From contig NC_043006.1 in assembly GCF_006345805.1 (NCBI RefSeq), forward strand, positions 41,478,001 through 41,542,000: a stretch of 64,000 bases of DNA, in the 5' to 3' direction. Position 1 is the first letter of the stretch, and every line of letters begins with the position of its first letter. Made by a program: the position numbers and the translations under genes. The stretch is from Octopus sinensis. Taxonomy: Eukaryota. Under the pieces are notes generated by a model. It was not told the origin of the DNA. It searched no databases and saw nothing but the letters and a program-made list of their open reading frames with translations. Below are positions 13,485 through 25,670 of the stretch, in pieces.

Positions 13485-13579
13485 CCTTTATTCTCGACAT
13501 ATGTTTCGAAGGCTGCATATTCCTAATTCCGAAGGAATAAGGAGTACATTATGCAGATTTCTCATCAGGAAAATCAAGG
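13485..13579 (-). ncRNA. Minimal type I hammerhead ribozyme with intact core
   Basis: Minus strand: ccttgattttc-CTGATGA-gaaatctgcata...tatgcagccttc-GAAAC-atat-GTC-gagaataaagg. Stem I is 10 of 11 bp, stem II is long, stem III is the palindrome ACATATGT. Predicted cleavage after GUC, between 13496 and 13495. Confidence 0.85.
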
Positions 13580-13968
13580 AACTTATGTCGACATCAAAAT
13601 GTATATATTATAGAGGTGTCTGAGTGTTAAAATCATACAAGTGCATTTAATATATTACTGCAATGTCACAAATTGACTCTAAATTTAATTCAGTGTTTCA
13701 GCGTCATCATGTAATGTCACGTGATTTCTGATTCAGCAATACTGTTTCCGTATACTTTCTCTTAATCCAATTTTATGTAGATATATAAATACGTATTTAC
13801 AATTTATATATGTACACGCAATAGCACTCACGCATGCACGCGCACACATTCACAAACAACTGGTTGTATGCTTGTATATGTTTGCATGTGTGTCTATAGG
13901 AATGAAACTACGAATTACAATCGCAAACGTATTTATGTAATGGCAGATTAACGGAAAATTGCTCCTAA

Positions 13969-14400
13969 GGCGGAGAGCTGGCAGAAACGTTAGCACACCG
14001 GGCGGAATATTTAGCGGTATTTCGTCTGCCGCTACATTCTGAGTTCAAATTCCGCCGAGGTCGACTTTGCCTTTCATCCTTTCGGGGTCGATTAAATAAG
14101 TACCAGTTACGCATTGGGGTCGATATAATCGACTTAATCCGTTTGTCCTTGTTTGTCCCTTCTATGTTTAGCTCATTGTGGACAATAAAGAAATAAGAAA
14201 TGTTAGCACACCTAGCGGAATACTTAGCGGTGTTTCGTCTATCGCTACGTTCTAAGTTCAAATTCCACCGAAGTCGACTTTGCCTTTCATCCTTTCAGGG
14301 TCGATTAAATAAGTACCAGTTACGCATTGGGGTCGATATAATCGACTTACCCCGTCCCCGCAAATTTCAAGTCTTGTGTCTCTTGTAGAAAAGTATTATG
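13969..14400 (+). mobile_element. SINE family B, two tandem copies (13969-14199 and 14200-14400)
   Basis: ggcggagagctggcagaaacgttagcac...gagttcaaattcc (B-box)...gtcgactttgcctttcatcctttcggggtcgattaaataagtaccag. The second copy shares the body and has a different 3' end. Confidence 0.85.
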
Positions 14401-14914
14401 CATTGGTCCTGGTATTGCTCAACATTGTAGCTTTAGTTCATGGGGTACGGATGATGCCAATAAAGTGATTTACTCCTCACGAGAAGGCATTATAGAGTTA
14501 TCTAGATATGGGATACTTCAACGCCAAATTTTTAATTTGAGAAATTATTAGTTACGTGTTAGTGTGACATACTATGTGAAACAAATTATCTAGATGTTCA
14601 ATTTTTGTGTGTCAATATAACTGTAAATTTGACCAGCAGGAGAGTTTGCACGCAATCAATAGTATAGTATGTTGTAGCTTGTTTAGGTAGCACTTGAAAT
14701 GTATATAGTAGTTAAAGCAACAGGTTTCTTTTTAATGGTTGCAGTCTATAATGTATGAATGTGTATGTACGTGTACGCATATAGTATGTATGTGTGCGTG
14801 AGAGAGAGAGAGAGAGTGGGGAGTGTGTGTGTGTGTGTGTAATGGCGAATTTGCGAATATAACAGGATTCACTTTTACCTCCGATATCTTTATCAGAATT
14901 TCTCTTGGCATATA

Positions 14915-15128
14915 CAGGAGGGCCCAAAAGTAGGTTTACAGTTATTCAACTATCTCTTTCGCATTCATATATTAACATTTTAGATCTTAATTATAAAAAA
15001 AAAATATGAGACATTATTATATGCTAATTCAATTAAATGTAAGATAGAATTTTAAATGTAATAAACTGTTTTGAAAGAAATCTAAAGTGCTTATGCGATA
15101 AGTGTAAACCTAATTTTGGGCCACCCCG
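14915..15128. mobile_element. Tc1/mariner-type MITE
   Basis: About 28 bp TIRs (caggagggcccaaaagtaggtttacag / gtgtaaacctaattttgggccaccccg) with TA on both sides. Confidence 0.7.
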
Positions 15129-16011
15129 TATAACTAGATTTATCTCTATTTCTCCTTGTTTAAGATTTGAAACACCCTTAGTACGATTTTGTTCTCTGTA
15201 AATTGCAAGGGAAATCTTAATCGATTCTTCAGCGATTACACAATGTTGAGCATCCTCAATCAGAGTTCCATAAACCACCCCGCATTTTATGAGAGCATCG
15301 CCGTCATTATTAGCACTTCAATCACCAACATAACCATAAGACTCATAAGTAGCAATGGCAGAACGGACACAAACCTTACTCTGATTCTCTTACCACTACC
15401 ATCAACCAACCACCATCACCACCTCGTCCACAACTACGAAAACCACCAGAAGTCAAACCATGATATCAAAACAAAAACAAGAAAAGACATCAAGCAAGGA
15501 GAAAAGTGTCATCGATCCCTTAAAAACATTGAATATTTTTCCACATAGTAATATAGATCTTTAGTATTGACCATGTTTTCCCATTCTTCAAGCGCCACAG
15601 ATGGTTACTCATTATCAAAGTGTTGCTGGCTTCACATAATGGTTGTATTCCTCTGGCAATATTTTCGGAAGAATATTAAAAAGCAAACCTCTAATGTAAT
15701 ATTTCTCTGGTATTATCTTTTCTTCTCCTATTCAAAGTATTATTCCTTTTTATCAGTTTTCTCCATCTTAGTTCTTCCTCCTCAATGAGCAGCCCCTTCG
15801 TAAGTATATCGCCCTCCCGGGATTTCCATATTCCGAAATAACAACTGAATAATTGATAACGAAGAAAAAAAAATGGAATCGAAATGTTATAAGCGCGTTG
15901 TTTATATAACATGCACATAACAAGGTGTTTATATAAATATGTATATACATAGATAGATACATACATGCATGCATATATATTTGTATGCTTGCACAAAAAA
16001 TATATATATTG

Positions 16012-16042
<31 letters not shown>

Positions 16043-16046
16043 TACA

Positions 16047-16208
16047 GGCGCAGGAGAGTCAGCGTGGTAAGTAGTTTACTTACTAACCACATGGTTCCGG
16101 GTTCAGTCCCACTGTGTGGCACCTTCGGCAAGTGTCTTCTACTATAAGCTCGTGCCGACCAAAGCATTTTGAGTGGATTTAGATGACGAAAACTGAAAGA
16201 AGCCCGTC

Positions 16209-16257
<49 letters not shown>

Positions 16258-16490
16258 ATATATAAATATATATACATATGTGTGTGCGTGTTTGTTTGTT
16301 TGTTTATCGATATTTTCCCCCACCATCACTTGACAACCGATGCTGGTGTGTTTACGTCCTCGTAACTTAGTGGTTCAGCAAAAGAAACCGAAAGGCTTAC
16401 AAAGAATAAGTCCTGAGGTCTATTTGTTCGTCTAAAGGCGGTGCTCCAGCATGGCTGCAGTCAAATGATTGAAACAAATAATAAAGAGTG
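16047..16490 (+). mobile_element. SINE family A, full-length, with internal (TA)n/(TG)n
   Basis: tRNA-like head (ggttccgggttcagtcccactg), internal microsatellite, tail cttgacaaccgatgctggtgtgtttacgtc...ggcggtgctccagcatggctgcagtcaaatgattgaaac. Confidence 0.9.
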
Positions 16491-16904
16491 TACATATATA
16501 CACACACACATATATATATACACACACATACATATATATATTTATATATTTATATGTATGTACACACATACAAACACGCACACAACTATATTGAGAGGAG
16601 ATGGCGAGATTGTCAAGTGGTCGCATTAATTGAAGCGACTTAGGTTTCATTATAAAGTATACACTTATAAAATATATATGTTAACTTGTATACATATTGC
16701 ATAAGATATCTGCATTCATATCCAAAAACCAAAACACAAAACTCAGAGTAGCAACGGCTTAAAAATTATTTTAATTAAGCTAATTACGTAATGCACCGGT
16801 TAATTTTTCCTCTATTCCAATGTGTATGCGTGGGTGGAAGCGAGTGTGTGTTCTGTTATATATATATACACACACGCACTTGCATATATTTATTTTATTT
16901 ATTT

Positions 16905-17139
16905 ATGCGCCCTTTTCAAGCCTAGCCAGGCTCATGGGCCCGGCTTCCCGGTTTCTGTGGCGTATGTGGTCCCCCCAGCAGGACGGGACGCCAGTCCATC
17001 GCAGCGTTACTCAAGAAACAGGAAGAGGAGCTTCATTTTTTTTTTCTTAATAAGCACACATAACGCCCAGTCAGGGAATCGAAAACGCGATCCTCCGCCC
17101 GCGAGTTCGCTACTGTAACCACTGGACTATTGCACCTCC
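16905..17139 (-). mobile_element. SINE family D (tRNA head shared with family C, different body)
   Basis: Minus strand: ggaggtgcaatagtccagtggttacagtagcgaactcgcg...tttcgattccctgactgggcg, then ctgcgatggactggcgtcccgtcc...agaaaccgggaagccgggcccatgagcc. Confidence 0.75.
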
Positions 17140-17188
17140 ACCACATGCATACATACTTACATGCATGCATACATACATATATACATAT

Positions 17189-17272
<84 letters not shown>

Positions 17273-18119
17273 GCACGCACATACGCTTATATACACACGT
17301 ACCTCTATGAGTTTCTCATACTTTAACACCAAGAAAAATTTTTGACGAAGATAAAAGTCCGAAATACTCATTCGAAATACACAGAAAATAGGCATTTAAA
17401 AAAAAATCTATCAAAAATAATACATAACTGATAACTCGAATTTTATTTCTCTGATAATTTTTTTTTAATATTACACCTGTATGAAAAGAATTGTGTTGCT
17501 TTCATTCCCCAAGATTTCTAGTAATAAGTTTGCATGTATTGCCTCGCCATCAACATCCAATATATTGATCGTTCTAATGTACAAGTGTTCTAAAAAGCTT
17601 TTGAAGGGACCAGCATTCTGATTGTAAGAGTGGGCAAATAACATAAATAATGTTTCTCGTATTATTTGAAAACCTATACTAGGATTTAGTTTTACGTTCG
17701 TTTTTGTTTTACATTTTTGCTGCCTGTGTATTATAAATAACATGAATAAGATGTCAAATAAACATTTGTGCGTGTTGGAAGTCGTGTATAATGTTGATAC
17801 ATTAAAATAGCATGTATATCAATCGAATAGATTTTGGTAGTTTTCCTGTGATGATGATAATGATGATCAGAGAGGTGACGATAATGATGATTACTGTAGT
17901 AGCAGTAGTAGCAGTAGTAGTAGTGATGACGTGGGGTATGGTACTGAGGAGCAGAAGAGGACAATGGGAAGAGACAGTGTTAGGTGGATGAAGAGAAGAA
18001 AAAAAGAGGGAGACTAAGCATAACTCTAAGCAAAAAGCCAGTAATTTAAATGGATCAAATTAGTTGATGCTATATACCCCCGTACAATACTGGTAGTCTT
18101 TTTTCTGGGTTTTTTTTTT

Positions 18120-18358
18120 GACGCTCCCGAAAGGAGGAAAAGGAAAGTTGATCTCTGCGGTATTTGAACTCAGAATTTAGAACGAGAAGAAATGTTATAT
18201 TATTATGACGACAAGCAGGCCTGAAATGCTTAGCGGCATTTCGTCCATATTTAGTTCTGAGTTCAAATTTCAGCGAGGCAGACTGTGCATTTCATCCCTT
18301 CGGGGACAATATAATCAACTTAACCGCTCTCCCGAAATTGCTGGCCTTGTGCCAAAAT
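18120..18358. mobile_element. Two partial SINE B copies in opposite orientation (about 18120-18190 minus; 18200-18358 plus)
   Basis: atttgaactcagaa on one side, tctgagttcaaatttcagcgagg..ctgtgcatttcatcccttcgggg on the other. Confidence 0.55.
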
Positions 18359-18369
18359 TATTATTATTA

Positions 18370-18431
<62 letters not shown>

Positions 18432-18451
18432 ATTATTATTTATTATTATTA

Positions 18452-18800
18452 CAGACTTCGCGCACTATACAATATCGTGAGGCTGTTGATTGAAGATATT
18501 GTCTCTACCGGGGATTTGTACTGTTTGTCAAGTCACAGAAGGACCTCAGACAAAATGTATTTTACTCAATATGCCTGCAGTTCGAAGCAATACCGACTTT
18601 TGCAATACATCTAGACTGTAGGGTATCTCAAAGGTTTTCAGATGTTCTTTTCAGATTGGGTGGTATTGAGCCCAGCCACATATTAGCGATCTGAGTTCTC
18701 AGGTCCATCTATTTACCAACTTTTTCTCTTTCTTTCATGGTGATATGTTGATCTCCTGGCACTGCTATGTCGATTATTAGGCACTCTTGTTTGTCCTTAC
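18452..18800 (-). mobile_element. RLE retrotransposon 3' end (R4/Dong-like) abutting (TAA)n at 18360-18451
   Basis: Minus strand ECLIIDIAVPGDQHITMKEREKVGK, then a frameshifted LQKSVLLRTAGIL. Confidence 0.8.
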
Positions 18801-18828
18801 TAAAGGTTGCTATATCCGGCCTTGGGTG

Positions 18829-19182
18829 CTCTTTTACTCTTTTACTTGTTTCAGTTATTTGATTGCGGCCTTGCTGGAGCACCGCCTTTATAGTCGAGCA
18901 TATCGACCCCAGAGCTTATTCTTTGTAAGCCTAGTATTTGTTATATCGGTCTCTTTTGTCGAACCGCTAAGTTACGGGGACGTAAACACACGAGCATGCA
19001 CATAATAAGGTTGTCAAGCGATGCTGGGGGCACAAACATACACACACACACATATATATACTATAACGGGTTTCTTCCAGTTTCTGTATCAAGGTTTTGG
19101 TCGGCCTGAGGCTATAGCAGAAGACACTTGCCCAAGTTGACACGCAGTGGGACTGAACCCGGGAACATGTAGTTGGTAAATA
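18829..19182 (-). mobile_element. SINE family A, near full-length
   Basis: Reverse complement of the 16047 copy, with head and tail. Confidence 0.85.
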
Positions 19183-19278
19183 AGGTTTAAAGGATTTTTG
19201 CCTTCTCCTCTTCGTCCATTACCTTTACCGGTGTATGTTGGTGCCAAGCACCCGTAACCTCATATCCATACCTTATTA

Positions 19279-19360
<82 letters not shown>

Positions 19361-19394
19361 CATTATTATTATTATTATTATTTCTGTTGTTGTT

Positions 19395-19555
19395 ATTTGA
19401 TAAAAACTAACAGCTTACCTTGCTGAATGTTATGGAAAATGTCACCTATCCACAGCCAGCTGTTGACAATTATTTACTGGTCATGCTTCAAGAATCCCGC
19501 GAATAATTTTTGCAGTTCCAAGCAATGTTGTTTTCTGTAGGTGTTCTGCATTTAC
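19395..19555 (-). mobile_element. Very short 5'-truncated RLE retrotransposon 3' end
   Basis: NAEHLQKTTLLGTAKIIRGILEA* plus 3' UTR running into (TAA)n at 19255-19380. Confidence 0.75.
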
Positions 19556-19564
19556 ATTATTATT

Positions 19565-20235
19565 TTTTTAATTTTCTCTTGTTGGAACTCTTGGAGTCTT
19601 GTATGCGTAGCACGCTTGCTACCTGCAGCCTACGGTACCATGCTATTCGTTCTTTTCATCTAATACTTACCTGGTTATTCTGGCCGTGCCGAGGAGGCAA
19701 ATTTTTTGTTGCAGTTCTACAGGACACGCTATTCCAATTTCATTTATATTCTTCTTGATGCCTTCGGATACTGTTCCCAAGGGTCCCACAATAATTGGCA
19801 CTATCTTCACCTTCTTCATTTTCCACAGTCGGGCTATTTCGTATTTAAGAGAGTTGTATCTATGTATTTTTTCGTCTTCCAAGTTGACTATCCGTGGGTC
19901 AAAGAGGCATGCAACATCAACTATATAGCATATGTGGTGCACCTCGTCCGTCATTACTAGGTCTGGTCTAATATGCTCCAGCACCTGATCAGAGGATTTT
20001 GCTGGTCTCCGACTCTGTCAGTCTTTGCGGTTTGTCCTCATACTACATCTTGCCTCTCTCTAGCTCCCGCTATTCGCACAGTTTCCAATACAGTACTTTC
20101 GCTACTTGATCGTGTTGCCACAGCTTGTAGTGATTCGAGGGACATCTACGGTATTCGTTCGTGATTTGGGCAATAGTTTCATCCACTCTATTGCAGATGC
20201 GACTCAGCGGAGACACTTTCTCGTTCCTAATGTGG
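19565..20235 (-). mobile_element. RLE retrotransposon 3' fragment (R4/Dong-like)
   Basis: HIRPDLVMTDEVHHICYIVDVACLFDPRI..EDEKIHRYNSLKYEIARLWKMKKVKIVPIIVGPLGTV: the PD..D restriction-like endonuclease. Confidence 0.9.
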
Positions 20236-20281
20236 TCCCTTAATATAATGATGATAATGATAATAATAATTATTATTATTT

Positions 20282-21140
20282 AGTAGTTTTAATTTTATCA
20301 CGTGCTTTCACTGCACTACCGAGCGCAGCTCTATGTGCCTTGGGTATGTGCTGTAGTTTGTTGTGATGCTCTTACATTTACTCTATTGAAAGTGTTTTAC
20401 GTAGGATTTGAGCAATTTATTTGTGCATTTATGTATGTTATATATACATGATAGTCCTGGTGCTTTTGTTATGTAATTGTCTGAATATTTTATTATCATA
20501 CCTAATACGCATACTATGATAGGTTTTGTTTCTGTTTTTACACTCCACATTCGAGTTACCTCTGTTTCCAGATCTTTGTATTTTGTAAGTTTCTCCATTT
20601 CTTTTAGAGAAGTATTGTCATCTGTTGGTGTTGATATATCGATTAGAAAGCATTTTGTTATTGGTGATCTCTGGCAACTAAGTCCAGCTTTTTGACCTTT
20701 AATTTCTCTGTCTGTGTATTGGCATATCCCATAGTATTGTTGCTTTTTCATCACCTGTGACCTTTTCTGCCGTGTGTCTATACCATCTTTTTTCTATTAT
20801 TCCATAATGTTGGCATATCTTCCAGTGTATATAGATCCAAACTATGTCATGTCTGTGAAAATATTCCTTTTTAGCCAGGACTGGACAGCCAGAGACAATA
20901 GGATTTATTGTTTTGTCTCCCTCTCCAGATATTCTGCAGTTACTTGCATTTCTTTTCACTACATGTTTTTGGTAATTTCTAGTGAGGAGGCTTTGATCTT
21001 GTGCTGCAATTAAAAACCTTCAGTCTCTGATTTGAGTCCTGAGCTTCTCAATATTTGCCATGAAGGGATTTTTTTTTACCATCGTTTTATCATAATCCGT
21101 TGCTGCTTTAGTTTGGATTCCAATTGTTTTTACAGCTTTC
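20282..21140 (-). mobile_element. RLE retrotransposon 3' fragment (R4/Dong-like)
   Basis: CRI.GEGDKTINPIVSGCPVLAKKEYFHRHDIV..YIHWKICQHYG, KATILWDMPIH, LIDISTPTDDNTSLKEMEKLTKYKDLETEVTRMWSVKTETKPIIV. Confidence 0.9.
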
Positions 21141-21214
21141 GTTGTTTCTTCTTTTTTTTCTTATTATTATATGAAAACTCATAGCCTATTTTGTTGCATA
21201 TGAGACACAGTGTC

Positions 21215-21389
21215 TTAGGTGACACTTGTTTACTGATCATGCTTCAAGAACCCTGAGACGAATTCTCGCAATTCCAAACAATGCTGACTTTTGTAGATGT
21301 TCTACTTTCACATTTGCACCGATCTTTTTCAGCCATGTTGGTAGTTGAGTGCTGATTCCAAGTACACCAATTACTATTGGTATCACGTC

Positions 21390-21390
<1 letters not shown>
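21215..21390 (-). mobile_element. Short RLE retrotransposon 3' end
   Basis: VIPIVIGVLGISTQLPTWLKKIGANVKVEHLQKSALFGIARIRLRVLEA*. Same 3' UTR start (cttgaagcatga) as the 19395 copy. Confidence 0.75.
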
Positions 21391-21462
<72 letters not shown>

Positions 21463-21479
21463 ATAATAATAACGATAAT

Positions 21480-21740
21480 AATGGAATATTGCTTAATTGT
21501 TAGAAAGGGTTAAATACCATATGAAGCCTTTGGAAAAAGGTTTAGTTTTATCTTTCTTCAGATTTAGAATTCTGTCGCCATCTACTGCTTTCCTTAAACT
21601 GTCCTCACTTAACTGCTTTCCTTATTAGCATCCTTGAACAAATTTCTTTGACTGATATTATCAAAGCTTTCTCCTTTGGTTTCGATTTTTCGATTTTAAA
21701 TACCTTACAAGAAAAATGTTTCTGTTTACTAGTTTCGAGG
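21480..21740 (-). mobile_element. Probable further RLE retrotransposon fragment
   Basis: A decayed K/E-rich segment resembling the region just before the R4 LHGQF motif, adjoining (TAA)n at 21390-21480. Confidence 0.4.
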
Positions 21741-21804
21741 GTATGGTCAAGTAATTAATTTCTGAATATTTCGTACCTGGGAGAGACCTTACCATACTCT
21801 CTTT

Positions 21805-22020
21805 ACCTTTACTCTTTTACTTGTTTCAGTCATTTGACTGCGGCCATGCTGGAGCACCGCCTTTAGTCGAGCAAATCGACCCCGGGACTTATTCTTTGTA
21901 AGCCCAGTACTTATTCTATCGGTCTCTTTTGCCGAACCGCTAAGTGACGGGGACGTAAACACACCAGCATCGGTTGTCAAGCAATGCTAGGGGGATAAAC
22001 ACAGAAACGCAAACACACAT
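21805..22020 (-). mobile_element. SINE family A tail
   Basis: cttgtttcagtcatttgactgcggccatgctggagcaccgcctttagtcgag...gtaaacacaccagcatcggttgtcaagc. Confidence 0.85.
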
Positions 22021-22663
22021 ACACATAAAATTCAAAAGGCTTTCCCGAAATACTCTTCCGCAGTTATTTTGCTGAGAATCTTAACTAACGTTCATTACTT
22101 TCACCTTATTTCTAAATATACTGGCCATTATTAATTATTACAAAATGTGTTGGTAAAATTTGAGTGAAGTGATTAATAAGATAGAAACACGGTCGATGCT
22201 TTCAACAGTCGATTTTGAAGACAAGAACTACGCTTTACCCCTATTTTCTGTAAAGTTAGCATATTCTCAGAGTTTTAGAATTTAAAAACATGAAGAGAAG
22301 CATTTGTAACAGCATGAACAATCTCAGGAAATCGAAGTTTTTCAGTATTTCATATTTTTATAGAAAACTTCCATAAATGAGCAAGGAATATAAATCGTGC
22401 AGTGAACAGTTTAGAGAGTCTAGTCTGCTGAACAATTTGTCTCGAAAACGTCTAAGCGAAACAAAAACGTGTATTTATTTCCCAATGCAACAAGGTATTT
22501 AACTGGCCACGGGATTCAATGTGAATATATCAGTTGCGTTTCTTTTTTGTTGTTGAATCCAAAGTCAACCGTGATTGTGAAGACCTGTGGCCAACCATTA
22601 TCGGCGAATAACCTTTGTGCGTTTGTCTGCCCAAGGATATATACCATAGAATGCAAACTTTTC

Positions 22664-22712
<49 letters not shown>

Positions 22713-23385
22713 CATTATTTAAGATGAAAGCGTATGGCGTAAGATAGAGCTAGTATTTTGACTTCGGAATGGAGTCTTTCGTTGATTCATAATCACGTAT
22801 TCTCTAAATACGCCGTATCTATTACATAATTAATCAATTTGACTTTAGTGTATCGACGTTTACATTACTGCCACACGATTTTGTATTTATTGACTCGTAC
22901 CTTCTCTACTCCACTGTTAAACTTGTCAGACACATTAAAGAAACTATCTTCCCGATTTTTCATTTCGTACTCGAAATTTTTGTAAATTTATTATATTTAT
23001 TGCATAACAAAATTCCTATCATAATAAGTGCAACATCTCAATTTCTGTCTACCGGTGATGTATTTTAAGCAATATCATTATATTTAATGTTATTTTGTCC
23101 AATCTCATTAATTCGTATGTTTACTACTTTATTACTTTTATACTAAATTTTATTACATGTACATCCTGTATACTACAACCCTTTCACTGTTTCCAACATT
23201 TACTTATTTTGTGTGTGTTATTCCGACACATTACATTTATTATCAAACCGATTATTATTAAAGCATTATTATAAATTCATTACTATTAAAATTACCCTAA
23301 GTCACTATCATGTTTATTGTTGCAAAATAGGCATTTAATGTTGACAGTGACGGAAGGTGTAAAACATATGTGTGTGCGTGTTTAC

Positions 23386-23435
<50 letters not shown>

Positions 23436-23649
23436 TGAGTGTATTTTACCTTGTTAACAATTAACACGGATAAATGAATGAATAGTTACCAGGGCAGCAA
23501 AAATCACACAAGTAAAGATGTTGTAACTCCTTGTTTATAAAGGTTGAAACTTCGTGTTTACGTTGAATATTTGAATAATATGAATAAAAAATGTAGAAAG
23601 TAAAAATACTTGTTTAAACCTGCGTTAACTCCATTTTTTATTCATATAT

Positions 23650-23686
<37 letters not shown>

Positions 23687-23699
23687 GGAACATAAACGC

Positions 23700-23990
23700 A
23701 ATAGAGGGCATTAAAACATTCAGATAGATAGATGATACATAGGCGGACAAGAGAAACAACAATTAAAAGGACAGGCAAAAACGACGGGTCATTCTTAGCT
23801 TTCTTTCATCAGTCAAGTCCCAGAAATTATGGCCATTTCGGGCAGTTACACTTGAGATGGCTCGATCTGGTTGCCCCACTAAAAAGTCTAAGCTAAGAGC
23901 ATTAGACTCTTTGTAAGAAAACTTGTGAATGTGTATGGCAACAAAGACAAAAAAGACAAATAAACAAAAAAAAAACGGAGAACATGGTAC
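23700..23990. mobile_element. Short interspersed repeat next to (TA)n, probably a Penelope-type pLTR fragment
   Basis: It has the architecture of the other microsatellite-flanked pLTR-like pieces and contains CTGATGA and GAAA on the minus strand, but not in a foldable hammerhead order. Confidence 0.35.
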
Positions 23991-24229
23991 ACAGTTACGA
24001 ATACAGACAACAAGAAATAACAATAGGCGTCTTTCGACTGAGAACAAATCAAATTGAGTTGACGTATATGAAGTGAAAGCCTAAAGGCAGGAATATAAAA
24101 GGTAGACACAAGAGGTGTTGACGGTCGGCAGTCACACACACACACACATATGTGTGTGAGTGTGTGTGTGTGTGAGAGAGAGATAAACTCTCTCGTCGTT
24201 ATGGACGTATGTGAATCCGACAACCCACA

Positions 24230-25670
24230 TTTTGTCAGTCATAATGCTTATGTCGAATGTGATATCTGAGCCCCGCCAGCGATTTGCAAAGTATCCCGTC
24301 GACGTTGCAATTATGAGAAGTATGGGTCTGTGCTAGCGGTATATTTGCAGTCGCTTTTCTCCTAAGTCTTGCACTTCTCAGCCTGTTAATGCTGGTTCAA
24401 ACAAAGTTTCCTATACCATTTTGACACGAATCTTCATATTTCTCAAGGTCGGTATTTAGGCAGTGTGTTATATATCCTAGTGCTCCAATAGTTACAAGTA
24501 TAAACTTGAACTTGTAGTCTGGGTAAAGTAACTGTAGATTTCTCAATAGTTCAGCGTAGTTATTGTTCACTGTTCTTCAGCTTTATGATAACATCCGCTG
24601 GGCAGCTAATTTCTACAAAAGTACACAGTTTCTCTTCCCTATCTTGTGTTTAAATTTTATTGAGGTTTTCACCAGGACATTTCACCAGTACTCATTTTTA
24701 TTTTCAGTGGCTAGGTCCTCCACTATACTGTTGGTTCTTATTTCTTTGTCCTCAAGGTTATCTTTCAGCTGGATTTCATTATAGAGTGTCCTAGCTACAA
24801 CATTCTCCTCGGTCGATAATATCGTGATGACATTTCGGACAACTGCTTATGATGTGGGTGATGTCTTCGCTGTTACCTGCACAAAGTCTACATCGATTGA
24901 CACACTTCACTGCTTTTCCAGCATCTCCATCCTTTTGTACATCAGGTACTTGGTTGATATTTCCTGTTCCTGGATTGCAAACTCATACCCTTTAATGTGG
25001 AAGGTAGTAATCCGGCTATTGGTCCATAATAGACTGCTTAATGAACAATGTTCCTATCATTCCGGAGCTTTCTACAAACAAATCTATGCATAATCTTCTG
25101 CTCATATAGGCTCATCTTTTCAACTGATGATACGTTGCGGTAGAGTCGTTCGACTTCTTTTGGCATGTATTCTAGGTTATCACAATGCTACTCAAAGTGC
25201 TGCCTTCCAAGTTTTATGACGTTATCAGCCTCAAGTATGTAAACTTAAGAGATGGACTTTGACGCTTGGTGGTTAAAAGATGTTGCCCAAAGGATATGAT
25301 GCAACATTCAAAGGCATTTTTGATCAATGTTAAGCCTCTGCCGCCCTATTTTCGCTTTAGGTAGTGGTGGACTACGTCACTGTTTATGCGGAAATTATAT
25401 GTGCTTGTTAGTATTTTCCTGGTTTTCACATCAATGGCTCGGATCTCTTCAACCGCCCAATCAAGCAGCCCAAATGTTGGTATGAGAACTGGCACAGCAA
25501 ACGCAATGTGGGCCACTGTTTTATTGAATGCAGAGAGATCTGAGGTCCAAATTTTATTTTTGCGGCTGTAATATTCTTTAGTGACACGTGTTTCGTTACA
25601 GGTGCCATTGTAAGATATGTTTTCAGCCACCCCTAGATACCTGTAACATTCCTCATCAGAGATATGCATG
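24230..25670 (-). mobile_element. RLE non-LTR retrotransposon, RT C-terminus to endonuclease (about 1.4 kb)
   Basis: CYRYLGVAENISY...EYYSRKNKIWTSDLSAFNK..AFAVPVLIPTFGLLDW..EEIRAIDVKTRKIL, and ..EKLCTFVEISCPAD..FKFIPVTIGALGYI. Confidence 0.9.

Noticed and set aside
23790-23850. GAAA...UA...CUGAUGA on the minus strand as a permuted hammerhead
   Set aside because: Stems I and II cannot be formed from the local sequence.
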